A stretch of DNA of 64,000 nucleotides from Geosiphon pyriformis uo1 (Eukaryota > Fungi > Glomeromycota), in assembly GCA_016748015.1 (NCBI GenBank), contig JAAOMT010000239.1, forward strand, positions 609,554 through 673,553, written 5' to 3'. The translations under genes and the position numbers were made by a program. The notes below the pieces were generated by a model that saw only the letters and a program-made list of their open reading frames with translations, made no database searches and had not been told where the DNA came from. Position 1 is the stretch's first letter; each line of letters starts with the position of its first letter. Below, piece after piece: positions 13,201 to 26,990 of the stretch.

Positions 13201-14948
13201 TAGGTGTTTGTGAGAATTCTATCCCAGTTATAAGGTTTAGGGATCATGGAAACCCAAGCTCTTTTCCACAAAACAGGCACATTCCCTACAGTCAAACATG
13301 AATTCAGCAAACCCAAAAGACACTTCAACACCATGTCACCACAGTGTTTCCACAACTTATTAGGAATACCAGACAAACCAGCAGCTTTGCCATTAGGTAA
13401 ATTATTAACCACCAAAAGCAATTCACTCATATCAATTAAGTGCATCACACCAGAAAAAGTATCATCTTTTACATAATCCAATAGAGCATACTGACAAGTC
13501 CAGATATTAGGCACAACTAAAAGCACAGTCCTTTTTCTAGTCCAGCCTTCCATGATTTCATCAACATCAAGTTTTACCATATCTGGCTCCAGCACCAAAT
13601 CATCACCAACAACCAAATAATTAAGGACCACCTTGTGGAAAAGCCAATCTAACATACTTTTAATCATTGCACTCTTATCAGAACAAAATTTTTCCATGCG
13701 GCACTCAATGGCCTTCTAAACAGAAGCTTCCTTAGCCAACTTTGACTTATACATCTTGGATTTTTTGTACTCCTTCCGAAATAATAACAATTGTCTTAAG
13801 ACATCTGAAGACCTGCCACCAACCTGAATCATATTGGCAATCACGGCAGCCTTACTACCATCCAGTTTGGCCCAGACATTAATAAGCTAATTGACTCTTT
13901 ACAAATCACCCAATTCTAGTCCTTTAACAACTTTAGCAACTAACAGTTCCAACCTGAAAAACCTAGAAAAAAACTTGTTCCTGGAGCACTAAAACTCACT
14001 GAACCAATGTCTTGAAAATATCTTATCTGCTGAGTCTACCAACATCTTTTTCAAAAGAACCCATATGCCATCCACATCAGCATAAGCCAGAGCATCCAAA
14101 AACTCACCAGACACAGCCAAAAGCTCAGCAGAAGAGCAGTCCCTAAATTGAGACTATTTGGTCTCATCAGCAGCCTTAATGAGAAACTTCTAGTAATCTT
14201 TGTTAGCCTGCTTGCACAAGCTATTCAAATGGCCATCCAAAAGACCACCCAAACCAATAGAGACAGAAACTGCATGGTAATCAGTGTCAAAAAAGTCAAA
14301 AACAGAGCCAACTCCATGGCCAGCAACAGCAAATACCAAACTTTCACTAACAAAAATAAAATCAATAGTCTTTTTGACCCCCTTAGAATTGCTCTATGTA
14401 GAATCACTAACCAAAAGGTGGCCAGCAAATGAGTTGACCAAACCCAACTCCAGACAGAATTTGAAACTCGCACTTCTTCCAGATCCATTTTCATTGAAAT
14501 TCCCACCCAGAACAACAAAACAGCTGGAGTTAACAGCTTTAGCAATGACAGAGTTCACTTCAAAAGTCTGACCAAAACAAGTTCCAGAAAATGCACCTGC
14601 ATACAAACCAATAACAGACACTAAAAGCTTATTTTTGAATAAGAAACACATCACTATAACTTGACCAGAAACTTCCTCAATTTTAGTGACATGACAGGCC
14701 AAAGAGTTGGCCATAATAATAGCCACTCCAGCACCATGAAAACCCTTATCCAAACCCGAAGAAAAAATCTGCACACCATCAAATTTATTCACAATCTATG
14801 GCCTAGTTGAAGACCTTAACTTTGTTTCCGTGATAATAGAAATCAAATTTCCAGAATCAAAATGCCAATGCACAACATCCTCTTGTTTAGCAGGAATGTT
14901 GATACCATGAACATTACATGTAGCCACCTTCCAAACCAAGTCACTCAT
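10259..14948 (-). pseudogene. LINE ORF2: APE endonuclease, RT, RNase H, C-terminal Cys/His finger
   Basis: WKVATCNV, ETKL, GVAII, GGNFN; MIPKP, KAYDSV, AFVDDT; FTDGS, AELQAI, HSDSQ, GNVRAD; CLLC..DHVFTC; multiple stops and frameshifts. Confidence 0.9.
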
Positions 14949-16758
14949 TGGGGTGAAGAGATCAAAGACAAACCCGAACCAGAACACAGAAGATCTAATC
15001 TCACCAGAATTAAACTGAACAAAGTCTTTAGAGCAGACATCTTAAATTCCAAACTACCCATCTTGGAGGTAAAGATCTTTGAACCACTTGAACTGAGAAC
15101 AGCAGCAGACTCACCACCACCAGAAAAGGGAGAATTAGCTAAAGCCAATGCATCATCCAAAGCCATATCTGAATCCACAACTGGAACCAAAGGCACAGAA
15201 GCAGCCAAAAGAGAAGCACAAACAGAAGATGCCAATGGTACCAGTTCAACAAAACTCAATTTTTTAAGAATAACAGAAACTTGATCCAAAAGAATCTTCA
15301 AAGAGCACTCTAACACCACCAAATGATTATTTAGATTGACAACCTGATAACAAGAAGAACTGAATAATGGAGACGCACCATTAGAAAGCAACCCAAAGCC
15401 AGAAGAGGAGCCACCAGAAGGGAAGGCAGAGGACACCACTTAAGCCCATGATTTACCACCAAAGGCAGCTGGGCAAGAAATAGGAACATTTTTTCTGGCA
15501 TACAATTTGGCTAGCTGAAGGCGAGATGCACCAAAAGAAGATTTCTTCTTCAAATTGGGAAGTACAGGAGGTAATACATCAGAGACAACACACTTGAGAG
15601 CCGAATGTCCAAAACGCCCACATCTACCACACCGAACCAGCTCTAATCTAGCCCACAATAATCAAACACCACCAAGAATTGGCTTAGTGTAAAAAGCAGA
15701 CTCCAACATTTCATCAAATTCAAAGCACACTACAGCACAGCAAAACTGATTGCCAGTCTTCAATGATCTATTGATGATACAAATTTTTCCTCCAGCCCCA
15801 TCTAAGAGCATACCAAGATTATGCACAGTAGTGCCCGCAGGCAAAGTAAACAACAGTGCTCTAAACTGATTCCTAAAAGTCCATATATTACAATTTCCCA
15901 CAGCTATAACCACACAAATGAAATCTTTCTCAATCAGGAATGACCATCTTGAAGCCAATTGCACAGCCTGATCTGAATCAGCAAATTCTACCACAGCCTT
16001 CTGCCACATGCCAACCAACTGGATTTTGATTGACTTAATTATCCCAAACTCAGAGACTATGACGATGATTATGTCTTTAGGTGTATTCATGGGAATTTCT
16101 TTAATCACCACAGCCCAATCTGAATGAAGCCCTTGTTTCCTCACATTATTGTTTACGATGATCCCTCCTTTTTCAGCCAATGATACAGCTTTCCTTATGC
16201 TCTCCTCAGATGTAAATGTTGATCGGATGATCTCTTCAAATTTTGAGGGGGTAGTGGTCCTTTCAAAACCATTGATCTTTGAAAAAATTTTCCTAATTAA
16301 TTGAGTTTTTGCTGTCATTGATTTGCCTTCAACAGCTGAAAGATTGATATCCAAGGCAAAAGATTTTTTGATAGACACCTCCACTTGAGTTTTGGTAATA
16401 ATAAGATTGACTCATTTACTATTAAAAGAGGCTTTCTTTATTGAAAGTGGAAGAGATTTCACCTCTTCATCTATGGTAAAGTTGGGAAAGCTGAGGGAGG
16501 AGCCAAAATCTATGCCAGTACTTAATCTATTTGCCTTTGGAGTATTAACAGCCGAATCCAGAAGAGAGCCAAACATATTAATGTCATTTTCATTACTAGA
16601 TAAGCTTTCTACATCAGAAAAAACACTATAACTAGAACCAGGCTTCAGAGAGATGTCCTGCTTATTGTGATATTTCCAAGAATGACTTTCTTTTTTTGAG
16701 TAAAAAAACCACCAGCAGAACCATGAAAAGCACCTTTAGATGCCTTTTTCTTTGACAT
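14945..16758 (-). pseudogene. LINE ORF1 (RRM-like region plus CCHC knuckle)
   Basis: Starts MSKKKASKGAF; FGIIKSIKIQLVGMWQKAVVEF; CGRCGRFGHSALKC; its TGA overlaps the ORF2 ATG. Confidence 0.82.
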
Positions 16759-16909
16759 ATTGCCACCAGAAGCAGTTTCCGAATCCACAACAAAAGGTTT
16801 ATTAATTAAAGAAATGTTGATATAATACTAACAAGAAAAAAACAAAAACTTTTTTTTCAGAATATAACTTATTGAAGTTTTTAGAAGTAAGAGAGAAAGA
16901 AGTTTTTAA

Positions 16910-19400
16910 ATTTTTTTTTTATTTTTTAATCAAAAATAATTATTATCTTACATAATATTTTTAAAATTAAATTAATCAATTTTTTTTTGGTTGTATTGCT
17001 TTTAAAATCAATAATAAAATTTTTTAGGTAGATAATTATATTTTGTTTTATTTTTTATTCTCTTAATTCTTATTATTATTAATGTTCTGTCATTATAATA
17101 TTTAATTTTTATAATTTTTTGAATCTTATTATTACAAAAACTATTACTTTAAACAAATATTATATTTAATAAAAAATTCTTAAGTGTTATTATTATTATA
17201 AATATTAAAATTTGAATTATTTGTTTAAGTATTATTATCTTTTTTTTAGATTGTTTATTAAGCTTTTTGTTAATTTTAAGTCTTTTTTTTTAATTACTAG
17301 TAAATTTTATGCTAAAATTTTTGTTTTTTAACTTCTTTTTATATTGCTTTTCTAGTTATTTTTGTTGTTAATTTCCAAATTAATTCTAAATTGAATTCTC
17401 TAAAATTGCAAATTAAGAATCTAATTAATTTAATAAAATTTATTATCAAATCTATTAATTTTTTGGTTATTTTGGTTATTTTTTTTTGTTTAAGAACATG
17501 CACAAAAATTACAAAATAAAAAAAATTTACTTATTATACTTAATATTTTTAAAAACCTTGCTTCTGTTTTGGCTAATATGTTTAAAAACTTTACTAATTT
17601 TAAAGCTAAAGTTAAGTTTAATAACATAAATAATAATAAGTTTAATGCTATTAAAACACTTTTTTTAAGTAAAAAAACCTGTAATTATATGATTATTTTG
17701 TAATAAATATGTAATTTTGATGTTAAAGATAATATTAAAAAAACTAAATTGTTTTTTAGTAAGTTTATTTTTGATTTTAAAAATTTAAATAGTATTATTA
17801 AAAAACTTAATAAGTTAAGTTTATTTTTAGCTTTTTTTGATTTAGCTTAATTAATATTTTAACTAATTTAAATAATTTGTTACTTATAAAAATACATAAT
17901 TTATATTTAATTTAAGTTATTTAGTTTAATATATTATATTAAATAGTGTTTTGACATATTTTGTTAAAATATAAAAAAAAATTAAATTAATTAAACAAAA
18001 ATTCAATTTTTTTTTAAAAAATATTGTTAATTTTAATAATTTTTAAAAATTTTTAAAAATTTTAAATAAATAATTTTTACTTTAATATTTAATAAAATTA
18101 TTGAAAATAAATTGGCTTATATAAAGATTGTGCTTTAATTTTTATATGATTTTTTTAGTTTAAAATTAATTATTAATAATAATATTTGGTTTTTTGTATT
18201 TTAATTTTTTTTTAAATATTATTAATTAAATTAAGTTTGTTAATTTGATTTTTATTATTATTTTTAAGATTGTAAAATCTTTTATAATATTAAAATTTGT
18301 TTTTGTTTTTGTTATTATTATTTTGTATAATATTTTTTAAATACAATTATAAATAATATTAAAAATATTTAATTGTTTTTATAAAGTATTTAATATTAAG
18401 TTAATATTTATTAAATAATAATAATATAATATTGTTTATTTTAAATTTTGTGTATTTTTAAATATTGTTTTTTAGTTTATTAATTAATTTCAATAATAAA
18501 AAATAATATTAAATGTTTTTTTAAGCTAATTTTTTAAGTTTTTTGTTGTTTTTAAAGTTTTTTTAATAAAATTTAAGTTTGTTTTTTATTAGTTTTATTA
18601 ATAAAATATATAAATTTAAATTGGTTTTTTTGAAATCTAAGTTGTTTAATTTAGTTAAATTTATAAATAAAAACATTAATTTTTTGGTAAATTAAAATAT
18701 TAAATATTTTTAATTTAAAAAATAAATAATTATTTATTAACTTTAATTTAAATGGTTAATTATATGTAAAAAATGTATAAATTAAGTCAATAAATTAATT
18801 TTTAAAATTAAAAAATAGAAACTATATTTTGTTAAAACCAAAAAAAAATTATAGTTAATAAAACCATTTTTTTAAAAAACTAATAATTTTACAATTATTC
18901 AAATACCAATTTTAAATTTAAATATAATATTATTGAAATTAAACATTTAAAAATAATTATAAATTAATACTTTAAATTAATTTTTAATTTTTAAAAATAT
19001 AAATTGTTATATTAAAAAATTTTTACTGTTACAAGTTTTTTTTTATATAAATTTGGTTAAACAAATAGTAAAAATTCCAATTAATTTTATTTACAAGTGT
19101 TTAATAGAATTTAAGATTTAAAATTTGTAAAAACCAATTAAAAATTTTAATAAATTATTTTTATGTTAAATAATAATATTTTTTACAATTTAAATTTTTT
19201 TTAAAAAACACCAGATATTTGAAATTTAATTGTTTATATAGTTTATTACAATCTTAATAAACTTTTTTGTTTAAAAATATAATTTTTTAAAATAATTTCT
19301 AAAATAATAATTTATAAATAATTTTAATTCAACAATAAAATAAATAAATTGATGACTAATTTAAAAGTTATTATATATATATTAATATAATCAATCAGTT
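16910..19400. mobile_element. Extremely AT-rich relics of LINEs
   Basis: 18075-18200 and 16910-17000 still align by eye with the LINE ORF1 relic at 25580-26109; the remainder is almost devoid of C/G. Confidence 0.55.
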
Positions 19401-20195
19401 AATGGTTTGTTAAAAATGATGATGAAATTGAAAACTTCAATTTTTGATTGGTTTAAAAATAGTGTTAACCCATCAATATTTTAACGACGTAAATAAACAA
19501 CTTTTTAATTAATCTATAATCATATTTAAATTTATGATAAAAATTAATAAACCTACCATTTATTCGTAAATGAAATAAAAGGATACTAAATTAAAATATG
19601 TTTATATTTCATAATTGCCTTAATTATAACTAATATATATATTACAGTCCTAATTATAATGGCGATAGGCATGCACTTATTGCAAGCGCTTCTTCTTGAA
19701 GCTTTTAGTGAACAGAGGGATAAATAAAAATGGTGGCGACGGGAATAAATATAAGATTTGATGATATCAAAAATAAAATTTACGTGTCGGCCTTTTTTGG
19801 AATTTAGAAACACGATAAGTTTTGGCCCTCACAGAATGTGCATCACACGAAGCGTAAATATTTTTTATTAGTATTGTTGTTGTTATATAAAGAAATTGAA
19901 CTATTCATTTAATTTAGGTAACAAGACAATGTGACAATGAGAAACTTGTCTGGCGTCTCTGTGCATTATAGCTACTTAGATTTGTTCATAGTTAAACCTA
20001 TTTAGTATGATTTGTAGCGAATCACAGTCTGATGAATAAGGTTAATAAATTGATTTGTTACACTATGCGAAACAATATAAATAAGAACTCACCTTTAGAT
20101 AAATAACTATAAATGTACTATCAAATAAACCTTTAAAGAAACCCTCTTTGAATAATAACTTATTCACATTTTATTCTTTGTCCGTTATTTATATC

Positions 20196-21670
20196 ATGGA
20201 AAACAAAGAAATTAAAAGAACAACTCGTCCATACGCTCATAATTGCAATGAATGTCAACGGTGTCAACAGAGTATTAAAAATAATTATAATCATTGTAGA
20301 GCATGCTGGTTCATGTTTTTTGAAAAACATTATAAAGACTTTTCAAGTGGCAATGAAGAAGTTGATAAAATAATTAAGAATCCAATCTATATTCATAATA
20401 ATGGTGAATTGAATTACTATGAATGGATTCCATGGGAGCGTTTGTTGTATATCAACGAAATTGCTAGAGGAGGGTTTGGTATAATTTATAAAGCAACCCT
20501 AATTGATGGATTAATTGATAAATCTACAATAAAACATGATGGTTCAATGGAATATGAAAGACATAAGAAAGGGATAGAAGTGGCAATAAAAATTATAAAA
20601 ACGAACAGTTCAGAAGTGTTTAAAGAGGTAAGCAAACTATTTATATTTATATATTAATTTAATTCACATTTACCTATTATTTAATTACTATATATATTAT
20701 CTATTTACTTAATCTTTTTTACACTGTGTTTTGATAGTTATATATTCAAAGAGCTATGTTTAGTTATAAGGGATATGAAAGTACTTGTGTCTCTAAAATA
20801 TTGGGGATTACGCAAAACGCTGAAACACTCGAGTATGGAATTTTGATGGAGTTTGCCGAACATGGAGATATGCGAAAATATTTGTCAACAAATTTTCATT
20901 CTACGAGTTGGAATAATAAATTACGTATCGCACTTCATATAACTATTGGACTTAATTTAATTCATTCTTCTGGTATGGTTCATCGTGATTTACACTCGGG
21001 CAACATCCTACAATTAAGTGAAAACTGGGTAAATATTGGAGACCTCGGATTATGTCAACCTACAAACCATGAAGCAACAACAACAGAGGAAAAAAAGATA
21101 TTCGGAGTGATTCCATATATTCCACCAGAAGTTTTAAGAGGAGAAAAGTTTACAAAAGCTGGTGATATTTACAGTCTAGGAATGTTATTATGGGAATTGT
21201 CAACAGGAAAACCTCCTTTTCATGATTGTCCTCATGACGAAATCCTTATAATGGCTATTTTAAATGGTCAAAGACTTAATATTACCTCCCCACTTATTCC
21301 ACCTCCAATTGCTAAACTCATTAAAAAGTGTTGGAATGCTAATCCTAAGAATCGTCCTACTGCTAGAGAACTTACAGGAAAGTTTAGGAAACTTCTTGAT
21401 TTGTATAATAATCATATATTTAGATTGATATACTTTGGGAAATCAGATAAACTCATAAGAAAAATAGCAAAAAATGACTCGATAACAACAAAGATAGCAA
21501 TTCATCCAGAAGCAGTTTATACAAGTCGTCTTTTAACTGCTCAAATGGTCAATTTTTCAACAGGTTTGTTTATTTAATTTATAAAATGATTCATTTTATT
21601 TGCTTTAATTACATATTTTAACTTTCTTTTTAAAGAATTAGTCTATTTACCTGAGAGTAAAAAAAGGTGA
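20196..21670 (+). CDS. Tyrosine-kinase-like protein kinase; exons 20196-20627, 20738-21563 and probable 21636-21670
   Basis: ARGGFGIIYKA, VAIK, HRDLHSGN, GDLG, YIPPE, DIYSLG, CW..RP. GT-AG intron 20628-20737 joins exons in frame (EVFKE/LYIQRAMF). Second intron 21564-21635 is plausible; otherwise stop at 21577. N-terminal CxxCxxC..CxxC. Confidence 0.9.
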
Positions 21671-21899
21671 TGAAAATTTTGAGTGTAATCGTTTAAATGA
21701 GTTTAAATAGATTTAATCATATTTTGTTTCTTTTTAATTATAAACCAATCATAAATCAATCACAATTAGATTAGAATTATATTTTATATTTAGCAAAATT
21801 ATCTTTTATTAATAAATTTAAATATATACATGTAACATTCTGTGGAAAAATTATTTTGCTAAAAATATCTTCATTTGCCATTTTACCGTTTTAAAAAAA

Positions 21900-23592
21900 A
21901 AAATTTCATTATCTTTTAATATTCATAATGTTGATTTAATAGTTTTGGCTTGAGTTTTTTGTATAAAAAACAGATATTCAATAATCTAATAATTTTCAAC
22001 AGATTTATTTTGGTGTTTTTTATTTTTTAAATAGGTTATTAATTTTAAAGAGTTAATTTTATATTTATAGTATATATTTTTTACCAAATTTTTATTAATG
22101 TCATAATCTTATTTTTATATTTTTTCAATAAATAAATTTAACAATAATAATAAAACAGCAAATAAAATAAAAATAAAATAAAAATAAAAAATTAGTACTT
22201 ATAATTAAGAATTATTAGTTTAAAGTAATAGTATTTTAATTATGTTTTTGGCATTTGTTATTTTGTAGTTTTAATAATAATGTTTATTAAGAATAATTTT
22301 AACTTAAAGATAATAATAGTTTTTAATTCTTTTGTTAAGTTAATTTTTATATATTTTTATATATTTTTTAATATTTTTTTGTTATTTATTATATATATAT
22401 ATATTTCTAATAATACAAAATATTTTGGAATTTTTAATTATTTTTGGTATTTTTGGCATTTTTAAAAAAATTTTAGATTTTTTTTAGTAATTTTAATATT
22501 CTATTATTTAATTAGTTTAATATTATTTATTTATTTTTATTATTTATTATTTTTGTTATTTAATAATACCAATAAACTAATAAATAAAAATTTTTACTAC
22601 ACAAAAAACTTAACAAAATGTTTATAAAAAACAACAAAAATAGTTTTATAAACAAAAGCTAAATAATTTAAACTTTAATATTTATAATAGTTTTAATAAT
22701 TAAAAGTTTTTTACCAAATACAACTTTTATGTAAAATATTATTTTTAATAACTATTTTATTAAAAACTTTCTTAAACTTAAAAACAATAATAATAGATTT
22801 TTAATAACATAAAAATTAAAATATTTAATTATCAACTTAAAAAACCAAATTACTTATTATATAAGCTATATAAACAAAAAAATTAGTTAATTTGGCTTTA
22901 AAAACATTATAAAAAGCAATAATTTTTTTTATTTAACAAAAAAAAGATTTTAATATTATTTTTTATTATTAAAACTAACTAATAAGCAAAAAAAGTTTTA
23001 ATAATATTAAGAAACTTAAAATATACAATAATATAATATTACAAATCAACAAATTTTAGTTTAATATTTACAATATTATTAAAAAAAATATTCAAAAAAA
23101 TATTATATAAAGTTAAAACAAAAACAAATAACAAATAATTTTGTAATTTCAAAAATAGTAAAAAAACAAAAAACTTAATTTAAACAGAAATATTTAAAAA
23201 ATCTTAAAATATAAATTTTATATAAAAAAATTTTATATTAATTAACATTAAAATATACAAATTAAAAAACAAATTTAACATAAGTTGATTTAATTTTAGC
23301 AATTTTATTAAATATTAAAATAAAAACTATTTATTTAAAAATTTTTTAATAATTTATAATAATTTTTTAATTATTATTAAAAACAGTATTTTTAAAGAAC
23401 AAAGAAAAAAATAATTTTTAATTTTTATTTAATTAATTTAATTTTTAAATATTAAATATTTTAATAAATTAATTAGTTAAAATTATATATAAAAACATAG
23501 TTTTTTTTGTTTTTAAATTAATAAAAATTAGTCTGAATTTAATATATTAAGCAATTCAATTATATATTAATTAAAATCAATTTTAATAAATA

Positions 23593-23628
<36 letters not shown>

Positions 23629-24410
23629 AATAAAAAAAACCTATTATTTATAATTAAATTTAGATAAATACTATAATTAATACAATTATGATTTTATTTT
23701 TTACAAAAAAAGAAATTAATTTTAAAAAAATAATAACTTTAAATAAAAAAATAGAATTTTTAATTTTTTAACTTTTTTAATTATTTAAATAAATATAAAT
23801 AAAAAAAATAGTTTTGCTATTAGTTTATTTTCAAAAAAATTTTGAGTTTTTATAATAATAATAATTATATTAAAACTATTTTTAATTAGTTATTTAAAAA
23901 AAACTTAATCTTTTTTTAAAACAAAAAATAGTGTTTTAATAGCAAATAAAAACTGTTTTGTTTTTATATTACTTAAAAAAAACATTTTAAAAAAGTATTG
24001 TTTAACTGTTTTTACTTTAAAAAAAAGTTTTTTAACTATTAAAATTAACAAAAACAATATTACAAATTAAAACTAAAAATATATAATCATAAAAAAAATT
24101 TTTATATTTTATAAAACAATAATAAATATTTATAAATATTTAAATAAAAAATTAATAATAATTATTATTTTTCTATTTTTAAAATTATTTGTTTAAGTTT
24201 AAATATTTTTTAAAACCAAAAATTTTACATTATTAAAAAGTTTAAATTAATAACTAAAATTAATTTACATTAATATTAACTTAATTAATTATTTAAAAAA
24301 AACAAAGTAATTACTAAAAAAATCAAAAAAAAAGAATATATTAAAACCATTTTTAAATTTATTTTTAAAAAAAAATTAGAAAAAAAAAAACAAAAAAAAA
24401 ATATATAATT
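21900..24410. mobile_element. Extremely AT-rich relics (probable minus-strand LTR ~21900-22570 and LINE fragments)
   Basis: Faint similarity to LTR-A/D (TTATAATTAAGAATTATT vs CCATAATCAAGAGCTATT); strand-skewed composition like the LINE. Confidence 0.35.
23595..23626. repeat. (TTA)n microsatellite
   Basis: About 10 perfect TTA units. Confidence 0.85.
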
Positions 24411-24419
24411 ATTTTATTT

Positions 24420-24882
24420 TTTATTATCATTTTATGAGCGAGGTCCAAACGCTACTTAGTATTATACATCATACAAATAATCTAAACTAGGTGCGAATCA
24501 TGCACTTTCTACATGTGACCAGCCACTCAGGCCAGTCAAGACAACACTACACACGTATATGCACAGAGACTGCGTCCCCAATACCTGAAAAAAATGAACA
24601 AAACTTATAAAACCCAAAACTAATCCCAAAAGCTTTAGTCATACCCAACCACCTAATCACACCAGCCAAAAACGCCAAAAACAAACCAGAAATTGACGCG
24701 GAAATGAATCCATCACGTGGAATCAAACCATGCCTCTCTATAAACACCTGGTGTTTAGCACAGACCAACCAGATACCATTCCGAAATGTGAGACAAAACT
24801 CATGTACAAAGCTTACAATCCTTTTAGTACCTTCCTTAGAATCTTCAAAAACCGAGACAGACTCATGAAACCAGTCATCAAA
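24420..24882 (-). mobile_element. 5'-truncated LINE copy (end of ORF2 plus 3' UTR), related to the 10118-16905 LINE
   Basis: ORF end ..FGISFGF..FFSGIGDAVSVHIRV*; 3' UTR shares CTTTCTACATGTG..GCCACTCAGGCCAG.CAAGACAA with 10217-10256. Confidence 0.85.
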
Positions 24883-24959
24883 ATATTTTTTATATTATTA
24901 AAATTTTAAAATTTTTGAAAAAAATATTAAAACTAGTCTTTAAAAATAGTTTAACAAAA

Positions 24960-26109
24960 AAGCCAATACAGCAAATACAAACAAATATAATACTATTAAA
25001 ATATTAATAGTAAAAACTGTTTTTAGTGGTCATTAAAGCATTTTTTTCATCTTTGGCTGATTTTTTTTTAATCAAAATTTTTTCAAAAAGATATACTTAA
25101 GTTAATTTTAGTGTTGTTTCTACCTTCTTCAAAAACTTAAAAATTTTTAATAGCAGATTAATTAATAAGCTAGTTTTCTTTTTTATAACTTTTACATCTA
25201 ATGCTGTTAGCACTATTTTTTCAAAAAAAATAGTTAAAAAGACCAAAAATTCAAAAAATTAAGAACAGTTACTTATTTATACTATTGTTATATTGAATTT
25301 TTTTGTGGTTTCTAATAAAATCTCTGTTGTATTATCTGATATATTATTTAAAATAGACTAAAATTAACTATTGGCTATATTGTTAAATATGGTGTCTTTT
25401 GGCAAATTCTTACTGGTTTTAGAAACAAAGTAATTATTTCTTATAAAATTATCTGTTCTTGAAAATTAAACTAATCAGATAGAAACTGAATTATTCTCTT
25501 TATTGGTTTTTAATACTACTACTGATAGTACTTAAAAAATTATTACTAATTGTCAAAAATTTACTAAATATATGGTTTTTACTTTAATGTTTAATATTAC
25601 TTTCAAAATCAAATTGGCTCATATTAAAGTTGTTTTCCAGTCTGTATATGGTTTTTTAAGTGTGAAATCAATATTAAAAGACAATATAAAACTTTTTTGT
25701 ATAAAGTTTGCTTCTTAGAAGTCTTTAAAAACTGCTTTTTTGATTGAACTTACAAGTTCTGTTTATTTAGCTATTTTTAAAATTGCCAAGTTTTTGGTAA
25801 TTTTTAAGTGTGGTTTTTTTTGTTGTTGTTGTACTACATAATATGCTTTTGAATATATCTGCTACTAATATTAAGACAGTTTTTAGTGTGTTTAATAAAA
25901 TTACCTGTATTATATTAAAATTTGTTAGTGTTTAGCAATATATGATTGTTTATTTTAATAAAATAAACTTTGTTGTATCTGCTTTGAATTATTGATTAGT
26001 TTTAATAAATAAAAATAGTGTTAAAATTTTCTTCTTGGTAAATTTAAATAACATTATTCTGTTTTGTAATAGGTTTAAAATCAAGTTAATCAACATTTTT
26101 TCTGGCTGT
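24960..26109 (+). pseudogene. Degenerate ORF1 of a second LINE family, interrupted by element B
   Basis: Conceptual translation LAHIKVVFQSVYGFLSVKS.. and FNKITCIILKFVSV*QYMIVYF.. parallels the RRM-like segment of ORF1 at 15662-16384. Confidence 0.6.
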
Positions 26110-26970
26110 TGTTACTCATAAAATATAAAAAGTATATTAGCACATAAATTAGCCAATCAAAGGTAAATGTAGTAAAATATAGAATTTCAGGATTCCTTTT
26201 AGAGAAATTGCAGGATTCTAGAAATTTCAGGATTTTCATACAAAGAATTGCAGGATTCTAGAATTTCAGGATTTCTTTTAAAGGAATTACAGGATTCCAA
26301 AAATTCCAGAATTCTTGGTGTAAAAAATTGAAGAATTAAGAAATCTTAATTATGTATATATAGTAATAGTATTAGAAGTAGAAAAAACAAACCTCTCAGT
26401 TTAGATTTGATCTAAGCAATCTTTTTATTCCCAAATATCAATAAATAATTATTTACTATCTTAATCTATTTTCCACTATCAATACTTTATGTTAATAGCA
26501 ATTGATACTTAAAACCCACTGGAACAATAACTCTTGATTACAGCTATTGACAGAATATTAATATTTATTGCCTTGATTTATTTTTTTTATTTTCTTTTAT
26601 TTTCTTTTGTTATTTTTTTTTGTTGTTTACTAATTGAAGTTAAAGAGTAAAGCATTAAGTTATTGACATCATAGATAGCTTAGTAAAAGACTCAGAAATA
26701 AGGGTAGAATTATATATATATTAATGGATAACTTACCAGAAAAACACAACTGCTAGATTAAACTGGCCACTATACTGAAAACAGAAATTGGAAAAACGAC
26801 TTGAAAGATCAACCAAAACTAATCATAGTAAATTTTTGTCTATTATACAAAAAATTCAACCAAAACTTTCAAATCACAAAAACTTTTAGAAACCAACATT
26901 ATTATATTAATTGAGCACCAAGTTATGGGTTTGTTATTTGCTTTGAGACCCCAAATAATCATTTGTAACA
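26110..26970 (+). repeat. 5' LTR of element B (family A)
   Basis: TGTTACTC..TGTAACA followed by PBS. Confidence 0.93.
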
Positions 26971-26990
26971 TTTGGTGCTTCCTGTAAGGT
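26971..26990 (+). promoter_or_regulatory. Primer-binding site, element B
   Basis: TTTGGTGCTTCCTGTAAGGT; TGG complementary to tRNA CCA; same type in D and E. Confidence 0.85.

Larger units (their letters stand above)
10118..16905 (-). mobile_element. Near full-length non-LTR retrotransposon (L1-like; ORF1 plus APE-RT-RNase H-zinc finger ORF2), degenerate
   Basis: A17 tail (T run 10118-10134), 3' UTR, ORF2, ORF1; inserted in a T tract of an older LINE relic; 5' end approximate. Confidence 0.9.

Noticed and set aside
19586-19813. 75-aa minus-strand ORF upstream of the kinase
   Set aside because: Non-ATG start, no recognisable motif; more likely promoter sequence.
22280-22465. F/I/N/K-rich ORF suggesting an organellar insertion
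   Set aside because: Composition is explained by the extreme AT content of decayed transposon relics; no organellar gene motifs.
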